A stretch of 64,000 nucleotides of DNA, from contig NZ_DASQNP010000006.1 in assembly GCF_035644915.1 (NCBI RefSeq), positions 996 through 64,995 on the forward strand. The letters are read 5' to 3'. This DNA is from Streptomyces sp. (GTDB taxonomy: Bacteria; Actinomycetota; Actinomycetes; Streptomycetales; Streptomycetaceae). Below, piece after piece: positions 31,055 through 40,211 of this stretch (position 1 is its first letter; the number at the start of each line of letters is the position of its first letter). Both the position numbers and the translations under genes were made by a program. The notes below the pieces were generated by a model. That model was given only the letters and a program-made list of their open reading frames with translations. It searched no databases and was not told where the DNA came from.

Positions 31055-31936
31055 ATGAGCGACACGAACACCTCCGTCATCGGACGCGCCGTGGGGCGCC
31101 ACGGCATCTTCGGCTGGTTCTCCGCCGCGGCGCCGGCCGAGCGCGACGAGGCCGCCGCCGAGTTGGAGGAGCTGGGCTTCGGGGCCCTCTGGCTCCCCCA
31201 CAGCACGATCGAGGAGGCCGCCCCCCTCCTCGCGGCCACCCGGAACATCGCCGTGGGCACCGCCATCCAGAGCATCTGGCGGTACGGGGCGGCGGACACC
31301 GCCGTGCGCCGGGCGGAGCTGGAGGCCGCCCACCCCGGTCGGCTCGTACTGGGCCTGGGGGTCAGCCACCCCCAGATGGTCGACGGCTACCGCAGCCCCC
31401 TCTCGGCGATGTCCGGCTACCTCGACGAACTGGACGCCGCCGACCGGCCGCTGCCCGCCGACCGGCGCGTCCTGGCGGCCCTCGGCCCGAAGATGCTGGG
31501 CCTGGCCCGGGACCGCGCGGCGGGCGCGCTGCCGTACCTGGTGACCGCCGAGCAGGTCGCGGCGGCCCGGGAGACGCTGGGCCCGGGCCCGCTGCTCGCC
31601 CCCGAGCTGGGCGTGGTGCTGGAGCAGGACCCCGGACGGGCCCGGGCCCTGGCCCGCGAGGCCCTGGCGATGTACCTGTCGCTGACGAACTACACCAGGA
31701 ACTGGCTGCGCGGCGGCTTCACCGAGGACGACTTCTCCGGAGGGGGCAGCGACCGCCTCGTCGACGCGCTGTTCGCCTGGGGGGACGAGGAGCGCGTACG
31801 AGCGCGCGTGGACGACTTCCTGGCGGCCGGAGCGGACCACGTCGCCCTCCAGCTCATCGACGACCAGTCCCCCGGCACGCTGCCGCGCGAGGGGTGGCGC
31901 CGCCTCGCCGAGGTCGTCCTGCCCGGCCGGGCGTGA
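31055..31936 (+). CDS. LLM-class, probably F420-dependent, oxidoreductase
   Basis: LEELGFGALW, LGLGVSH, AALGPKML, GALPYLVT, AGADHVALQ. Confidence 0.87.
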   Translation: MSDTNTSVIGRAVGRHGIFGWFSAAAPAERDEAAAELEELGFGALWLPHSTIEEAAPLLAATRNIAVGTAIQSIWRYGAADTAVRRAELEAAHPGRLVLGLGVSHPQMVDGYRSPLSAMSGYLDELDAADRPLPADRRVLAALGPKMLGLARDRAAGALPYLVTAEQVAAARETLGPGPLLAPELGVVLEQDPGRARALAREALAMYLSLTNYTRNWLRGGFTEDDFSGGGSDRLVDALFAWGDEERVRARVDDFLAAGADHVALQLIDDQSPGTLPREGWRRLAEVVLPGRA

Positions 31937-31949
31937 GGTCCGGCGGCTT

Positions 31950-31997
31950 CCGCGCCGCGCGTCCGGCGGCCGTCCGGGCGGCGGACGCGCGGTGCGG
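31950..31997 (+). terminator. Hairpin downstream of LLM gene
   Basis: CCGCGCCGCGCGTCCG / CGGACGCGCGGTGCGG (one G-U pair). Confidence 0.6.
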
Positions 31998-32298
31998 AGG
32001 CGCGCGGTGCCCGCCGTCCCGGAACCGCCCGGAGCCGTCCGTGGAGCGCCCCGCGCGGATGCCCTGCCCGCGAACACTTATGGGCACGGAGTGTGCAGGC
32101 CAGGGCGTTTCCGGCGACAGGAAGCATCCCGAGTCGTCTTTACCGGACTCTTCCCGTCATATGAGTCCATTCCCTTCTCATGTCGCACCAGGTGCTCATA
32201 GTCTCGTGTGACCCCTGAGCCGGCCCCGCCCCACCGCGTGTTCTCAGGGCATCCCCCCTCCGCCGCATTCAGCCACGCATTCAGCCAGGGGAAGCACC

Positions 32299-33486
32299 GT
32301 GAGCGCCGACGCATCCATCGATCACCACAACACGTTCAGCAACAGCAGCAGCCAGGTGGAGCGCACCATCCTCTTCGCCGACCTCACCGGCTCCACCGAG
32401 ATGAAGCACCGGATGGGCTACCTCGCCTGGCTCCCCATCCTCGGCAGCTTCCTGGACATCACGACGGAGGCCGTCACCGGGCACGGCGGCACCATCGTCA
32501 AGTACCTCGGCGACGGCGCCCTCGCGGTGTTCGAGGAGGACCACGCCCACCAGGCGATATGCGCGGCGATCGAGATCCAGGAGAGCCTGCGCAACAACGA
32601 CCGGCGGGCCGCCCTCGGCGAGACGCGGGCCACCATCGGCATCGCCACCGGGAAGGTCATCGAGTACCCGGCCCCGGGCGGCGGAGGGGCCATGGACTAC
32701 GTGGGGTCCGCCGTCGACCTCGCGGCCCGCTTCAGCAGCGACGCCTCCCCCAGCGCCATCTGGATCGACACGGACACCTACGGAGCGGCCAACCACCACA
32801 AGGTCAGTTCCATCATCGGCCGGGCGAACCACAGGAAGGCCGCGGACTACTTCTCCCGCGAGGAGCAGGCACCGGCCAAGGGGTTCCCCAGCGGCGTGCC
32901 CTACCGGGAGGTCGTCTGGGACCAGAACCCCTTCGGGGTGAAGGGCGCCGCGGTGACCGAGACGATCAGGAAGATGGAGGCGGCGCGGCCACCGTCCCCC
33001 CGCCCCCAGCCGCCGGCCCCGCAGTCCGAACCCCTGGAGGGCACCGTGAACCGGTGGTTCGGCGACTCCACCAAGGGCTTCATCTCGACCGTCGGCCACG
33101 GCGACTACTACGTGGACGCGCGCTTCGTCGTCGGCGGGCAGAGCCTCACCGAGGGAGCCGCGGTCCGGTTCGTCCCCCAGCCGCCCGTGACCCCCGACCC
33201 CGACGCGAAGCCGGTCGCCGGGTGCACGGTCCAGGAGGGGCACAGGTTCCGGGGCACCTTCAACAACGTGCTCGCCAGCGGGTTCGGCTTCGCCGACGTC
33301 CGCGACCAGCGCGGCAACCAGCAGAGCCTGTTCGTGTACCTCGGCGGGAACGCGGCGGGCCACCGCATCGGGGACGTCGTCCACCTGGAGGCCGTGCGCA
33401 ACCGCAAGGGGCTGTCCGCCCGCGTGGTGGACGCCCCGGCCGACGAGCACCCGGACGAGGGCGCGGTGGATGGCCGGCACCCCTGA
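32299..33486 (+). CDS. Class III nucleotidyl cyclase (PycC-like) with two C-terminal cold-shock domains
   Basis: ILFADLTGST (D28), IVKYLGDG (K68, D72), IGIATG, MDYVGSAVDLAAR; CSD-like GTVNRWFGDSTKGFI...LTEGAAVRF and SGFGF...LFVY...GDVVHL. Confidence 0.85.
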   Translation: MSADASIDHHNTFSNSSSQVERTILFADLTGSTEMKHRMGYLAWLPILGSFLDITTEAVTGHGGTIVKYLGDGALAVFEEDHAHQAICAAIEIQESLRNNDRRAALGETRATIGIATGKVIEYPAPGGGGAMDYVGSAVDLAARFSSDASPSAIWIDTDTYGAANHHKVSSIIGRANHRKAADYFSREEQAPAKGFPSGVPYREVVWDQNPFGVKGAAVTETIRKMEAARPPSPRPQPPAPQSEPLEGTVNRWFGDSTKGFISTVGHGDYYVDARFVVGGQSLTEGAAVRFVPQPPVTPDPDAKPVAGCTVQEGHRFRGTFNNVLASGFGFADVRDQRGNQQSLFVYLGGNAAGHRIGDVVHLEAVRNRKGLSARVVDAPADEHPDEGAVDGRHP

Positions 33487-33991
33487 CACCGCCCCCGACA
33501 CCGCCGCCGACACCCGTGCCATCGACTCCGCGCTCGCCGAGGTCCGTGCCGAACTGGTGCGGGCCGACCAGAAGGCGGCCACGCTCCTCGCCCTGTTCTC
33601 GGCGATGGCGGCCGGCATCCTGACGCTGTTCGTCGTCCGCCGGGGAGGGCTCTTCTCCCTGTGGAACGGCGTGGAGTGGCTCGCCTGGGCGGGCACGGCC
33701 GCCCTGGCGGGCAGCCTGGCGCAGTTGCTGTTCTGCGTCAGGCCGCAGGGCAGCGGCCGGCCCACCGGCCGCTCCTACTTCGCCTTCTACGCGCTCCACG
33801 CGGACCACCCCGACCGGCTCATCGCCCACCTGCGGTCCGTGAGCGCCGCGAACGGGGAACGGTGCGTCCACCTGGTGGCGCTGTCCGTCCTGGCGAGGAG
33901 GAAGTACCGGATGATCGCGCGGGCCGTCGACCTGCTCGGCTGCTCGCTGCTCCTGATCGCGGGGGCGATGCTCGTCTCCGCCCTGCGCTGA
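33470..33991 (+). CDS. pycTM: Pycsar-type membrane effector (DUF5706/PycTM-like)
   Basis: RADQKAATLL + TM + TM-VRP + SYFAF + LARRKYRMI + TM; 17-nt overlap with the cyclase. Confidence 0.8.
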   Translation: MAGTPDTAPDTAADTRAIDSALAEVRAELVRADQKAATLLALFSAMAAGILTLFVVRRGGLFSLWNGVEWLAWAGTAALAGSLAQLLFCVRPQGSGRPTGRSYFAFYALHADHPDRLIAHLRSVSAANGERCVHLVALSVLARRKYRMIARAVDLLGCSLLLIAGAMLVSALR

Positions 33992-34106
33992 GGGAGGCCG
34001 GCGGGGCGGGTGCCGTACGGCGTCCGCCCCGCGCGGCCGGCGGTCCTCCGGTCTCCGGTCTCCGGGCGACCTGGTCCGGACCGCCCGGCGGTGACGGTCC
34101 GGGTGA

Positions 34107-35051
34107 TCACGGCTCGCCGGCGGGGGAGGACGGCACCGGCCGGTGACCGGTGGTCTCCGGTGCGGGCATGACCTTGCGCAGCCGCTCCAGGAAGGCCCGG
34201 GCCGCCGGTCCGGACGGGCCGTCCGCCCGCCAGGCCAGGGCGATCCGGCCGCGCAGCCGCGGCCGTACGATCTCCAGCACCCGCAGCCGGTCCCCGTGTC
34301 CGGCCGCCGAGGCCGCCGGCAGCACGGCGACGCCCAGTCCGCGCTCGGCGAGCTGGGCGAGGACGTGCGGGGCCGCCGCCTCGAAGCCGACCCGCGGCCG
34401 GATCCCGGCCTCCGCGAAGGCCCGGTCGAGCACGCCGCGCAGCCCGGTGCCGGGCGGCAGGCTGATCAGCGTCCGGTCGCCGAGCGCGGCCAGCGGCACG
34501 CTCCCGCACCCGGCCAGGGGGTCGTCCGGGGGCACGGCCGCGACCAGCGGCTCGTCGATGACCACCTGGAGGCGGATGTCCGGCGGGGGCTCCTCGCCGG
34601 TGAGCCCGACCATGGCGACGTCCAGCTCGCCGCGGTGCAGCGCGGCGAGCATCCGGTCCGAGACGTCCTCGGTGAGGGTGATCTCCACGTGCGGGTGGTC
34701 GTCGTGGAAGTCGGCCAGCACGGAGACCACGTCCAGGTCGTGCGTGGCCGCCGCGGAGAACAGCCCGACCGTGACCCGGCCGCGCAGCAGCCCGGTGAAC
34801 TCCTCCACGACGTGCCGCGCGGCGTCGGCGGCGGCGAGCGCGGCCCGCGCGTACGGCAGCACCGCCTCGCCCGCCTCCGTCAGGCGCACCGAGCGGCTGG
34901 AGCGGTCCAGCAGCGGCTGCCCCAACTCCCTTTCGAGCTGGCGGATCTGCGCGCTCACCCCGGGCTGTGCGACGTGCAGGCGCGCGGCGGCGCGGGTGAA
35001 GCCGCCCTCCTCCACCACGGTGACGAAGTACCGTAGCTGCCGAAGTTCCAT
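34107..35051 (-). CDS. LysR-family regulator
   Basis: MELRQLRYFVTVVEEGGFTRAAARLHVAQPGVSAQIRQLERELG. Confidence 0.95.
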   Translation of the reverse strand: MELRQLRYFVTVVEEGGFTRAAARLHVAQPGVSAQIRQLERELGQPLLDRSSRSVRLTEAGEAVLPYARAALAAADAARHVVEEFTGLLRGRVTVGLFSAAATHDLDVVSVLADFHDDHPHVEITLTEDVSDRMLAALHRGELDVAMVGLTGEEPPPDIRLQVVIDEPLVAAVPPDDPLAGCGSVPLAALGDRTLISLPPGTGLRGVLDRAFAEAGIRPRVGFEAAAPHVLAQLAERGLGVAVLPAASAAGHGDRLRVLEIVRPRLRGRIALAWRADGPSGPAARAFLERLRKVMPAPETTGHRPVPSSPAGEP

Positions 35052-35186
35052 GACCTCCGACCCTAGTTCCCGCACGGGCGGGAGCGCTGGGTTATGGCCC
35101 ATCGGCAGCCGCCGACGGCCGTGCCGTCAGACCGCGTACGGCGGGACGCGCGGTGCGGGCGGCGCCCCTCCGGGCCGGCCGTGCCG

Positions 35187-35786
35187 TCAGGCCGGACGGT
35201 CCGACCGGTCCGACCGGTCCGGGCGCCGCGGCCGGTCCAGGCGCACCCACGCCGTGACGGTCCCGTCCCCGTGCCGCTCCAGGTCGGCGCCCGCCGAGGC
35301 GAGCAGGCGCCGGGTGGCGGCGTTGGCCGCGCTCGTACTGGCGAACAGGCGGGCGGCGCCGCCCGCGCGGGCCGCGTCCAGGAGGCGGGCGAAGACCGCC
35401 GTGCCCACGCCCCGGCCGCGGTAGGAGCGCCCGAGCCACACCCCCGCCTCGACCGCGTCCGGCTCCGGCCGCGGGGCCAGCCGGGCGGCTCCCGCCACCT
35501 TCTCCTCCACCTGCCCCGTCTCCCCCGTCTCCGCCACGACGACGGCGTACGTGACCTCCGCCGGCCCCTCCATCGACCCGGCGCCCGGCAGGCGCGACCG
35601 GTGGAAGCGCAGGAACGCCTCCCGGCGCGCCTCCGTCCACCCGGCGGCACCGCCCCGGTCGTCCTCGTCCACCGGCGGCATCACCTCGCCGGGGTCGGCG
35701 TCGGCGACGGCCGTGGCCAGCAGCGCCGGCAGCAGGTCCTCGTCCAAGGGGCGCAGGGTGACGAGTTCGGGGATCGCGGTCTCCAT
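35187..35786 (-). CDS. GNAT (RimJ-like) acetyltransferase
   Basis: WLGRSYRGRGVG, NAATRRLLASAG. Confidence 0.75.
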   Translation of the reverse strand: METAIPELVTLRPLDEDLLPALLATAVADADPGEVMPPVDEDDRGGAAGWTEARREAFLRFHRSRLPGAGSMEGPAEVTYAVVVAETGETGQVEEKVAGAARLAPRPEPDAVEAGVWLGRSYRGRGVGTAVFARLLDAARAGGAARLFASTSAANAATRRLLASAGADLERHGDGTVTAWVRLDRPRRPDRSDRSDRPA

Positions 35787-35923
35787 GGGGGCACCATGCC
35801 CCACCGCACGCGCCCGTATCCAACGCCTTTTCACACCCGAAAGTCGTTCCCTTACGGGGGAATTCGGCGCGTGTCCCCGTGCGCCGACGCGCCGCCGGGC
35901 CCTCGGGGCCTTAGGCAGGGCTC

Positions 35924-37948
35924 ATGCGTGAAGACCATCACACTGTGGACACCGACACCGCCGCCCCGCCCCTGTCCCGCCGGCGGTTCACCGCCGGCGC
36001 CGGAACGGCCGCCGCCGTCGCCGGGCTCGCCGCCTCCGCCCCCGCGGCCTCCGCCCGTCCCGCGCCCCCCGTTCCCGAGCGGCCCACCGACACCGCGGCC
36101 TCCGCCGACTGGAACACCTGTCTGGCGGTGGCCCGCGCCATCCTCCTCCTGGACGAGCGGAACGAGGAACTCGCCCCCCGGTACGCGAAGATCCTGCACC
36201 ACGACGGCCTGCCCCGCGCCGGGACCTCCCCCAAGAGGGTGCTGGTCGTCGGGGCGGGCCCGGCCGGGCTCACCGCCGCGCTGCTGCTGCGGCAGGCCGG
36301 GCACGACGTCACCGTCATCGAGGCCAACGGCAACCGGGCCGGAGGCCGCGTCAAGACCTTCCGCACCGGCGGGCACGAGGGCGCCGCGCAGCCCTTCGCC
36401 GACCCCCGGCAGTACGCGGAGGCCGGGGCCATGCGCATCCCCGGCAGCCACCCCCTGGTCATGGGGCTGATCGACCGGTTCGGCCTGAAGCGCCGCCGCT
36501 TCCACCTGGTGGACGTGGACGCCGACGGCGAGCCCGCCTACCGCACCTGGATCAACGTCAACGGCGTCCGCGTCCGCCGCGCCGACTACGCCCGCTCGCC
36601 GCGGGCCGTGAACCGCTCCTTCGGCGTGCCCGAGGAGCTCTGGGACGTCCCCGCCGCGACGATCCTGCTCCGCGCCCTGGACCCGGTGCGCGACGAGTAC
36701 AGCACCGTCGGACCGGACGGCAAGCGCGTGAACAAGCCGCTCCAGGAGTGCCTGGCGGGCTGGGCGCGGGTCGTCCAGCGGTTCGGCGACTGGTCGATGC
36801 ACCGCTTCCTGACCGAGCACGCCCGGTTCGACGAGCGCACGATCGATCTGATCGGCACCCTGGAGAACCTCTCCTCCCGGCTCCCGCTGTCCTTCCTCCA
36901 CAGCTTCCTCGGCTGGTCGCTGATCAGCCCCGGCACCACCTTCTGGGAGCTGGAGGGCGGCACCGCCACCCTGACCGACGCGCTGCTGGCGCAGGTGCGC
37001 GACCGGGTGCGCTTCGACCGCCGCGCCACCCGGATCGAGTACCGGCAGGGGAAGCAGGGCGACCGCGACGACACCCCGCACATCGGTGCCGACGGGCCCG
37101 CGGTGTGGATCGACACCGTCTCCGAGGGCCGCGACGGCCTGGTGGTGCGCGAGCAGTTCACCGGCGACTGCGCGATCCTCACCGTGCCCTTCTCCGGGCT
37201 GCGGCACGTCCAGATCGCCCCGCCGCTGTCGTACGGCAAGCGCCGGGCCGTCACCGAGCTGCACTACGACAGCGCCACCAAGGTGCTGCTGGAGTTCAGC
37301 CGCCGCTGGTGGGAGTTCGGCGAGGACGACTGGCGGCGCGAACTGGAGCGGATCCGGCCGGGGCTGTACGACGACTACCGCACCGGGAAGGCGCCCGACG
37401 ACGGCAGCCTGCTGGGCGCGCACCCGTCCGTCCCGCGCGGCCACATCACCGACGCCCAGCGCGTGCACTACACCGCGTGCCGCTGGATCTCCCGGGACCA
37501 GCCCGAGGCGGCGCGCGTCGTCGGCGGCGGTTCGGTGTGCGACAACCCCAACCGGTTCGTGTTCCACCCCTCGCACCGCGTCGCGGGCAGCGAGGGCGGC
37601 GTCCTGCTGGCCTCCTACAGCTGGGCCGACGACGCGCGGCGCTGGGACGCCCTGGACGACGACGCCCGCTACCCGTACGCCCTGCGCGGCGTGCAGCAGG
37701 TGTACGGGCAGCGCGTCGAGGTCTTCTACACCGGCGCCGGGCGCACCCAGAGCTGGCAGCGGGACCCGTACGCGTACGGCGAGGCGGCCGTACTGCTGCC
37801 CGGGCAGCACACCGAGCTGTTCCCGCGCCTGGGCACCCGCGAGGGCCCGCTGTTCTTCGCGGGCGACCACACCTCGATCAGGACCGCCTGGATCGAGGGC
37901 GCCCTGGAGTCGGCCGTACGGGCGGCGCTGGAGGTGCACCGGGCGTAG
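35924..37948 (+). CDS. Tat-secreted flavin L-amino-acid oxidase, L-glutamate oxidase-like
   Basis: Tat signal SRRRF; VVGAGPAG; GGRVKTF; EAGAMRIP; FAGDHTS...WIEGALES; extended similarity to Streptomyces LGOX as recalled. Confidence 0.82.
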   Translation: MREDHHTVDTDTAAPPLSRRRFTAGAGTAAAVAGLAASAPAASARPAPPVPERPTDTAASADWNTCLAVARAILLLDERNEELAPRYAKILHHDGLPRAGTSPKRVLVVGAGPAGLTAALLLRQAGHDVTVIEANGNRAGGRVKTFRTGGHEGAAQPFADPRQYAEAGAMRIPGSHPLVMGLIDRFGLKRRRFHLVDVDADGEPAYRTWINVNGVRVRRADYARSPRAVNRSFGVPEELWDVPAATILLRALDPVRDEYSTVGPDGKRVNKPLQECLAGWARVVQRFGDWSMHRFLTEHARFDERTIDLIGTLENLSSRLPLSFLHSFLGWSLISPGTTFWELEGGTATLTDALLAQVRDRVRFDRRATRIEYRQGKQGDRDDTPHIGADGPAVWIDTVSEGRDGLVVREQFTGDCAILTVPFSGLRHVQIAPPLSYGKRRAVTELHYDSATKVLLEFSRRWWEFGEDDWRRELERIRPGLYDDYRTGKAPDDGSLLGAHPSVPRGHITDAQRVHYTACRWISRDQPEAARVVGGGSVCDNPNRFVFHPSHRVAGSEGGVLLASYSWADDARRWDALDDDARYPYALRGVQQVYGQRVEVFYTGAGRTQSWQRDPYAYGEAAVLLPGQHTELFPRLGTREGPLFFAGDHTSIRTAWIEGALESAVRAALEVHRA

Positions 37949-37977
37949 CCGCGCGGCCCGACCGCGATCCGCTGTCC

Positions 37978-38015
37978 GCACGACGCGCCGGGCCATGGGG
38001 TCCGGCGCGTCGTGC
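37978..38015. terminator. Hairpin between convergent oxidase and HAD genes
   Basis: Perfect 14-bp inverted repeat GCACGACGCGCCGG / CCGGCGCGTCGTGC. Confidence 0.65.
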
Positions 38016-38070
38016 TCCGCGGCGGCGCGGGCGGGCGCGGCGCGCGCCGGTGCCCCGTGGACGGCGGCGG

Positions 38071-38658
38071 TCAGAGCGGGAGGCCCGGCACCTTCCTCAG
38101 GTCGGCGGGCGTGCGGTGGAGCAGGCCCCTCACCCCGAGCGCGGCGGCGGCCTCGACGTTCTCCCGCCGGTCGTCCACGAACAGGCACCGGCCGGGCGCG
38201 ACACCCGCCCGCGCCGCCGCGATCTCGTATGTCTCCCGGTCCGGTTCGGCCACCCCGACCAGGGCGCTGTTGACGACGTGGTGGGCCGGGTCCGTCAGGC
38301 CCATGGCCGCCAGGTCGTCCTCCAGTTCCAGGGAGGCGTTCGTCACCAGCACCAGCGGCATCCGCGCCCGCACCCCGCGGAGGACGGCCACCACCTCGCC
38401 GTCCGCCCGGAACGGCGCCGCGGCGAGCGCCGCGCCCAGCTCGCGCGCCCGCCGCGGCGGCACCCGGTCCGCGAGGGCGAGCGCGACCGACTCCGCCCAA
38501 CGCTCCCGGGTGATCCGGCCCAGCAGCAGCGGCAGGTCCACCTCCGGGGCGAAGGCCACCGCGGTGGTCGTGCCCACCGGCAGTCCGGCGGCGCGCTCCA
38601 GCTCCGCCGGCCGGGTCAGGTCGTAGAAGCGGATCACGTTGTCGAGGTCGCACAGCAC
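38071..38658 (-). CDS. HAD-IA family hydrolase
   Basis: CDLDNV, VTNAS, LFVDDRRENV; usual motif-III KP reads EP (VAEPDRETY); start uncertain. Confidence 0.75.
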   Translation of the reverse strand: MLCDLDNVIRFYDLTRPAELERAAGLPVGTTTAVAFAPEVDLPLLLGRITRERWAESVALALADRVPPRRARELGAALAAAPFRADGEVVAVLRGVRARMPLVLVTNASLELEDDLAAMGLTDPAHHVVNSALVGVAEPDRETYEIAAARAGVAPGRCLFVDDRRENVEAAAALGVRGLLHRTPADLRKVPGLPL

Positions 38659-38820
38659 CGCGTCGAAGGGCCGACCGCGCGTTCCAGGGCCGTCACCGCC
38701 TCGTGCGGCACGGCCGCTCGCGGGCCGCCAGGGCCCGGCGGGCCAGGCGGTGCGCGTCGGCCCGGCGGACGATCTCCTCGGCGCGCAGCCGGTACGGCGC
38801 GGGGTACGGGGCCCGGTCCC

Positions 38821-39909
38821 TCACCGCCGCGGCTCCCGTACGTCGGCGACCACGCAACTGACGTTGTCGGGACCGCCGGAGCGGTTGGCCAGGGCGACGA
38901 GTTCGCGCACCGCGTGCTCGGGGTCGCCGGCCTCCGCGACCACCCGGCGCACCTCGTCCTCGGGGACGACCGCGGACAGGCCGTCGGAGCAGAGCAGGTA
39001 GCGGTCCCCGGGCCGGGCATCGTGCAGCCGCAGGTCGGGGGAGTGCTCGGGGCCGCCGGTCAGGGCCCGTGCCAGCAGGGTGCGCTGGGGGTGGGAGACC
39101 GCCTCCTCGGGGCTGATGCGCCCTTCGTCGACCATCTCCTGGACCAGGGTGTGGTCGTGGGTGATCCGGAAGAACCCGCCGTCGCGCAGGAGGTAGGCGC
39201 GCGAGTCGCCGATGTGGACCAGCGCCAGCCGTGACCCGGCCCGGACCATCGCGGTGAGCGTCGTGCCCGTCTCCCGCGGCGCGGGAGCGGCCCCGGCGAC
39301 GTCGCGCACGGCCCGGCGGGCCCGCTCGACGGCGTCCTCCAGGACGTCGAGGAGGTCGCCCACCGGAACGCCGTCGGCGTCCAGGGACTTCAGCGCGTCG
39401 ATGGCCGCCGCGCCGGCGCGGGCGCCGCCGCTGCCGAAGCCGTCGGCCACGGCGAGCAGGCGGTCCCCGGCGTGGACGGCGTCCTGGTTGCCGTCACGGA
39501 CCAGGCCGGTGTCGGAGAGGGCGGCGTAACGGATGGTCAGGGGTGTGCTGTCGGGCTCGGTCGGGGACACGGCGGGTTCCTTCCGGGACAGGTGGTCGAC
39601 GAGGAAGGCGGCCAGGTCCCGCCGGGCGGCGGTGTCGGCCTCGACCCGGGCCCAGTACGCGCGGACCTCCCGGGCCGCCTCGGGCGCCGGGAGGTCGCAC
39701 ACCTGGCGGATGCGGGCCAGCGGCATGCCGAGCCGCCGGAGCCAGGCCACCAGCCGGGCGCGTTCCACCTGCTCGGGGGCGTAGTAGCGGTAGCCGGTCA
39801 CCGGATCGACGCGGGCGGGGGCCAACAGCCCGAGTTCGTCGTACAGCCGCAGCGCCTTCCGCGACAGCCGCGACGCCCTCGCGAAGGCTCCGATGGTCAG
39901 CAGTCCCAT
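38821..39909 (-). CDS. MerR HTH fused to PP2C phosphatase
   Basis: LTIGAFAR...LRLYDELGLL...YRYY; RDGNQD, VADGFG, GTTLTA, HIGDSRAY, CSDGL, GGPDNVS. Confidence 0.9.
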   Translation of the reverse strand: MGLLTIGAFARASRLSRKALRLYDELGLLAPARVDPVTGYRYYAPEQVERARLVAWLRRLGMPLARIRQVCDLPAPEAAREVRAYWARVEADTAARRDLAAFLVDHLSRKEPAVSPTEPDSTPLTIRYAALSDTGLVRDGNQDAVHAGDRLLAVADGFGSGGARAGAAAIDALKSLDADGVPVGDLLDVLEDAVERARRAVRDVAGAAPAPRETGTTLTAMVRAGSRLALVHIGDSRAYLLRDGGFFRITHDHTLVQEMVDEGRISPEEAVSHPQRTLLARALTGGPEHSPDLRLHDARPGDRYLLCSDGLSAVVPEDEVRRVVAEAGDPEHAVRELVALANRSGGPDNVSCVVADVREPRR

Positions 39910-39951
39910 GCCCGTCCCTCCTCGTGCCGGGCGCCTCGCCCGGCCCCACCG

Positions 39952-39982
39952 ATGCTGGGGCTTGCCCCGGGGTGAGGGTCAA
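39952..39982 (-). promoter_or_regulatory. MerR-type promoter with 19-bp spacer
   Basis: Minus strand TTGACC-ctcaccccggggcaagccc(19)-CAGCAT with dyad centred on CCCCGGGG. Confidence 0.7.
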
Positions 39983-40158
39983 CGGGCGGCTCCGGCCCGG
40001 CCGACGCGTTCCCGGGGGCGGGCGTGCGACGGGTCGTGCCGGCCGGCCGCCTCTCCGCCGCGCTCGACGGCGGCACGGCCCCGGTGACGAGGCGTTCCAC
40101 CGCACCCCCGGCGCGGTTCTCCCGTCCGGCCGACGGCCATATACAGCAGGTCAGTTTG

Positions 40159-40173
40159 CCTAAAAGCTTTAGG
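40159..40173. promoter_or_regulatory. Palindrome, probable TetR operator
   Basis: CCTAAA-AGC-TTTAGG, 39 nt upstream of TetR start. Confidence 0.6.
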
Positions 40174-40211
40174 AAAACACATAATGCTTTTCTCTCAACG
40201 GAGGGAAGCTT

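Noticed and set aside
32299-33991. bldA-dependent TTA codons in the cyclase/effector, DUF3291, SGNH and cmdC genes
   Set aside because: No in-frame TTA found by eye; those seen are out of frame
36878-36915. Apparent loss of the LGOX specificity Arg (GWSLI vs GRSDI)
   Set aside because: Recounting puts R305/H312 at SRLPLSFLH, which is conserved here
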